From the NCBI GenBank assembly GCA_005191425.1, contig SUPR01000066.1, positions 1-20,841 on the forward strand: a stretch of 20,841 nt of DNA, given 5' to 3'. Below are positions 16,998-20,841 of this stretch, piece by piece (position 1 is the first letter of the stretch; each line of letters starts with the position of its first letter). Origin of the DNA: Candidatus Helarchaeota ASGARD archaeon Hel_GB_B (lineage in GTDB: Archaea; Asgardarchaeota; Lokiarchaeia; Helarchaeales; HEL-GB-B). The position numbers and the translations under genes were made by a program. A model generated the notes under the pieces. That model was not told the DNA's origin. It saw only the letters and a program-made list of their open reading frames with translations, and searched no databases.

Positions 16998-18578
16998 TTA
17001 TTTTTCTAAATCTTTTTTTTGTATATAACATAAACAAATTTTCAATGCGTTTTCTAAAGCACATCTAACATTTCTATTATTCCATTTTGTTCCATAATCA
17101 TTACAAGGCCTACGTTCTTTATTAATAAGATTCAAATTATCTCGGTCAGTATGATAATAATATAGATAGTCCGAATATTTTAATCCCACAAAAGCTGCTG
17201 TTTTTTTAAGCCCTTTTTTAACAAGCCCTGAACCGTCAGTACCCCCGGAAACCCATGGCTGTACTGAAATTCTGTAATTAACATCATTTTCTTTCGCACA
17301 TCTGGCTAAAAGATTATAAACATCTGGATGAAAATCAATTCCTGTAGAACCTTCACGAGTAAATATATTCAATAACTCCGGATCGCCAATAGTATCTAGG
17401 GCTATACAACTTGTATCTATTTTATTATATTCATTAGAATATTTTTCAGCAAACGCTTCAGCCCCTTTCACACCAACCTCTTCACAACCAAACATCGCTA
17501 ATATAACTTCAGTATTTTTTGGATATAGATTAGGATACTTTTCTCGCCAATCATTTAATATTTTTCCAATACATGCCACAATGGCACATGCCGATAAATT
17601 ATCTAATGCCCCGGGAACTGCTTTTTTACTTGAAAAATAGGTCATTCCTATTAAAAACTGAATACTATTTAAAAATAATAATCCAATAGTTTTCACTAGT
17701 GTTGGATTAGTAAACAAAAATTTGAATAAGACTAAATTTATAACTAATTGATATATTATTACCGATATCATTAGAATTACATTATTTCTTGTTAGATCAC
17801 TTATAGCACCGTATAATATTTTTTCGCGTACCTTTTTATTAACTGAAACTGATATTATTTCAAGTAAAAATATAAAAATTGTACAACCTGGTAAAAAAAT
17901 CAATATAATCCAATTTAATATAATGGAAATTCCTTCCGTATTTATACCGCCCAAAAAGATTTCTAAAATTGAATATACCAATTGGACCAAATATATTATT
18001 AAAAAAAAGAAAATTGATAAAATTGTTCCCACTATTATGTAAATATAGCCCTCTCTAAAATATTGTGCAATATTAAATCTTTGTGCACTGTCTAAATGGC
18101 TTGCAAAAATTACCCGTTTCTTAATTTCTTCTTTTGGCTTTATGATTCCAATTACATTTTGTGATTGCTTCTTTTTATAAAAGAAAAAAATCTTTGCACC
18201 CCACATTTCTGAACGCAAGTAATGCTTGTATACTAAAAATAAATTAAAAAATAATAATAAGGTAGATATTAAAGAAATTATTAGAGAACTTAAATTGTAA
18301 AAAATTACAAATAATAAAACTGATAGTGAAATAAAAAACGCGGATCTGGGTATCCAAGAATGGACTGATAATTGTGGATATGTTTCAAAACGTTCTGTAT
18401 ATACTGAATCACAAAAACTACTTAATTCCTTTGAAAAAAATTCAGCCGACTTTTTTTCTTCTTCTGTACAGGAACCACGCGGCCCAATCTGTTCTAATAC
18501 ATCTTTTATAATATTGTACATATAATCCGAATTTTCTTGTGAACCAATTACATATTCTTCTTTAGTCAAGAAAACCAC
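16998..18578 (-). CDS. M28-family Zn metallopeptidase with inserted transmembrane helices
   Basis: IGPRGSCTEEE, ASHLDS, PGALDNLSA, GCEEVGVKGA, IALDTIG, GGTDG and YYHTDRD provide the H/D/EE/D/H ligands. GTG start. Confidence 0.88.
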   Translation of the reverse strand: MVFLTKEEYVIGSQENSDYMYNIIKDVLEQIGPRGSCTEEEKKSAEFFSKELSSFCDSVYTERFETYPQLSVHSWIPRSAFFISLSVLLFVIFYNLSSLIISLISTLLLFFNLFLVYKHYLRSEMWGAKIFFFYKKKQSQNVIGIIKPKEEIKKRVIFASHLDSAQRFNIAQYFREGYIYIIVGTILSIFFFLIIYLVQLVYSILEIFLGGINTEGISIILNWIILIFLPGCTIFIFLLEIISVSVNKKVREKILYGAISDLTRNNVILMISVIIYQLVINLVLFKFLFTNPTLVKTIGLLFLNSIQFLIGMTYFSSKKAVPGALDNLSACAIVACIGKILNDWREKYPNLYPKNTEVILAMFGCEEVGVKGAEAFAEKYSNEYNKIDTSCIALDTIGDPELLNIFTREGSTGIDFHPDVYNLLARCAKENDVNYRISVQPWVSGGTDGSGLVKKGLKKTAAFVGLKYSDYLYYYHTDRDNLNLINKERRPCNDYGTKWNNRNVRCALENALKICLCYIQKKDLEK

Positions 18579-18958
18579 TTTTCTAAAATTTAAATATAAA
18601 TAAAAGTAATTAGAATATTTTCTATTATTTCATTTTTTGTTAAGTTAATTATTTTTTGAAAAATAAAAATTTAAAATTTTCTATGGTGATTTTATAATCT
18701 CTGGACAATTTAGATATGATTCTAAATATAACAGAAATTGAATTTTAATCTTCAATTCATAATATATTTATAGACTTAATATGCAATGAATTGTTGAACT
18801 TTTTAAATCTTTAATTATTGGTTATTGAAAAAAATTCTAAAAGTGAGAATATATTTTACTATTAATATAAGGTTATTTAAAACCAATTAACGATATAAAG
18901 ATTGAGTATATTTTATGTCGATAAATAATTATATGAATATATAAAAATGAGTAGAATT

Positions 18959-20841
18959 TCATTGATTTAGTTCCATTGTAGACTTAATTTCTAAAAAGTT
19001 TAATTTTTCACTCGTATTCATGTTTGGCATGGCAGAAAAAACACCTTTTAGAGGATTATCACCTACAAATAATCTTTTTAATTTTTTTAAATTTTTCAAT
19101 GAAAATGGTATTCTTTTTAAATTATTTTTATTTAGCATCAAAATTTCCAAATTTTTTAAATTACCTAATGTATCAGGTATTTCTTCTAACTCATTAGAGT
19201 TTAAATAAAGTCTTTTTAGATTAGTTAAATTGCCTATTTCTCCGGGCAATTCTTTTAATTTATTATTATTTAAAAAACATATTAGAAGCTTGTTTAATGA
19301 TCCAAAAGAAGGGTCAAGCCTTGATATTCTATTTCTTGATAGATATAGTTTTTCAAGTGAGACCAAAGATTTGATAGAACTTGAAATTTTCACTAATTTA
19401 TTTTGGCGTAAGTCAAGATTTTTTAAATTAGAAAATGATTTTTTGAAATTTGGTAAATTTTTTATCTGATTTCCTTCCAGATCAAGTAATATTAATTCCT
19501 TTAGATTTGAAATTTCTGGTGGTAATTTTCGAATCAGATTCCATTTGCAATATAATAATTTAAGATTTTCAGAATTACACAATGATTGTGGGATTTTTTT
19601 TAATTTATTATTATTAATGTTAAGTTTTTCTAAAGATTTAAGATTTAAGTTTTTAGGAAGCTCTTCAAGATTATTATTTTCTAAATATAATACTTTTAGA
19701 GAGGATAAATTTCCAATGCTATCAGGTAATTTCTTTAATTTATTGAAAGATAAATCAAGGATTCTCAGTTTTTTTAAATTTCCAATATTATCTGGTAATA
19801 TAGTTAGATTATTTGAGGAAATTTTTAAAATTTCTAAATTGTTTAAATTGCATATAAAAGATGGAAATTCATTAAGACATGTAAAATTTAAATTTAACTT
19901 TTTTAAATATAAGAAATTTTCAATTTCTTCGGGAATTTGAGTTAATTTATTTGTTAAGAAATTAATACTTATAACATGTCCATTTTCAATGGTATATTCT
20001 ATTTTTTTAGAAATTATTTTTAAAATCCTGAGAGAATATTGCTCTTTTTCATTAAGATCTGGCTCATCTAATTTATAATTTTCCTTAATATAAGATTCTG
20101 GTAGATACTTGACCATCATTTCAATTGGATTATTTTCAATTTGAATTCTACTTAAATTGTTTAGATTTTTGAAGGATTCAGGTAATGAAATTAAATTATT
20201 ATTATTTAAACTGATGGTCGTCAAATTTTGTAATTTTCCAATATCTTCGGGTAATTCTGTTATGTTATTATCATCTAAGTTTAAATTTTTAAGGGAATTT
20301 AGTTCACATATAGAGTTTGGTAATGAAGTTAAATTGTTTTTAGCCAAATTTAGAGATTCTAATTTTTTTAGTCTGCCGATATCTTCTGGGATTTGTATTA
20401 TTTCATTATTTTCCAAATATAATTCTTTTAATTCCTTACATTCACATATATTTTCAGGAATTTGCGTAATACCACAATCACGGACGTAAAGGTACTTAAG
20501 TTTCTTTAAGTTCCCGATACTTTCAGGGATTTGCTTAGATTTAATATTCCAATATTTCCAATTCCTAAATCGAATCTCAACAGCGTGTCCATCTTTTAAT
20601 ATAAAACCTGAAAATGAAATTGAATTTTTAAAGCTATCTACACATATATCTAATTCACATTGGTCTTTACAAAATTGTCATTCTTCGTCCAGGATATACC
20701 CATTGTCCATTACTAATTCCACAATTTCTTTTGCGATTGGATTTTCCGAATTTTCATATAATTCTAGAAGTTTTTTACCTATTAGATAAAGTCGGTGATA
20801 TTTACGATCAGAATTATTCAAATGGATGTTATGATCAACTT
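18959..20841 (-). CDS. Leucine-rich-repeat protein (5' end beyond window), with in-frame TGA at 20678-20680
   Basis: Many 23-aa LxxLxLxxNxLxxLPxxIGxL repeats. The track start (TTG 20416) falls mid-repeat (LYLENN). The frame stays open for 141 further codons to the window edge except for one TGA, and includes more LRR (QIPESIGNLKKLKYLYVRDCGITQIPE). Confidence 0.85.

Noticed and set aside
18730-18762. SECIS-like ATGA-AATTGAA/TTCAATT hairpin downstream of the LRR gene (minus strand)
   Set aside because: The stem is only 6-7 AT-rich bp and lacks the 3' GA needed for the UGA/GA core, so it is expected by chance.
604-18961. No gene ends in TAG (possible pyrrolysine recoding)
   Set aside because: With fewer than 20 gene ends in an AT-rich genome, absence of TAG is unremarkable, and I saw no in-frame TAG or pyl genes.
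19020-20489. Four plus-strand Phe/Leu/Ser-rich ORFs
   Set aside because: Antisense shadows of the LRR codon periodicity.

Overview
A very AT-rich archaeal chromosomal window, most likely from an Asgard (Loki/Hel-like) lineage. The lineage is inferred from archaeal radA and cdc6, GGTGA-type ribosome-binding sites, longin-like domains, an LRR protein and a large Ig-like surface protein. Genes in order: partial cdc6/orc1, radA with a long N-terminal extension, a stand-alone GGDEF-like palm protein with a GTEEC motif, MaoC dehydratase, a 116-aa hypothetical, a 48-aa ribbon-helix-helix protein, a HEAT-repeat protein, a KaiC/RAD55-like ATPase, a helical hypothetical, an orphan ~7TM protein, a longin-like protein, a ~1.6-kaa receptor-like protein, a Thr-type sulfatase-fold enzyme, a nitrilase, a 4Fe-4S protein, a membrane M28 peptidase and a partial LRR protein. 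The ORF track misses cdc6 and the RHH gene. Three signals stand out. (1) A GC-rich intergenic element at 4799-5039 that tiles almost completely into nested helices and matches no RNA family I recognise. (2) In-frame stop codons (TGA 9773-9775, TGA 20678-20680, and probably TAA 8663-8665) inside otherwise intact frames, which hide an ectodomain-TM-longin-winged-helix receptor and the LRR N-terminus. (3) An archaeal GGDEF-like protein that keeps its metal ligands but has lost the guanine-specificity residues. I saw no rRNA, tRNA, CRISPR array or transposase. All domain calls come from motif recognition by eye; no searches or folding programs were run.
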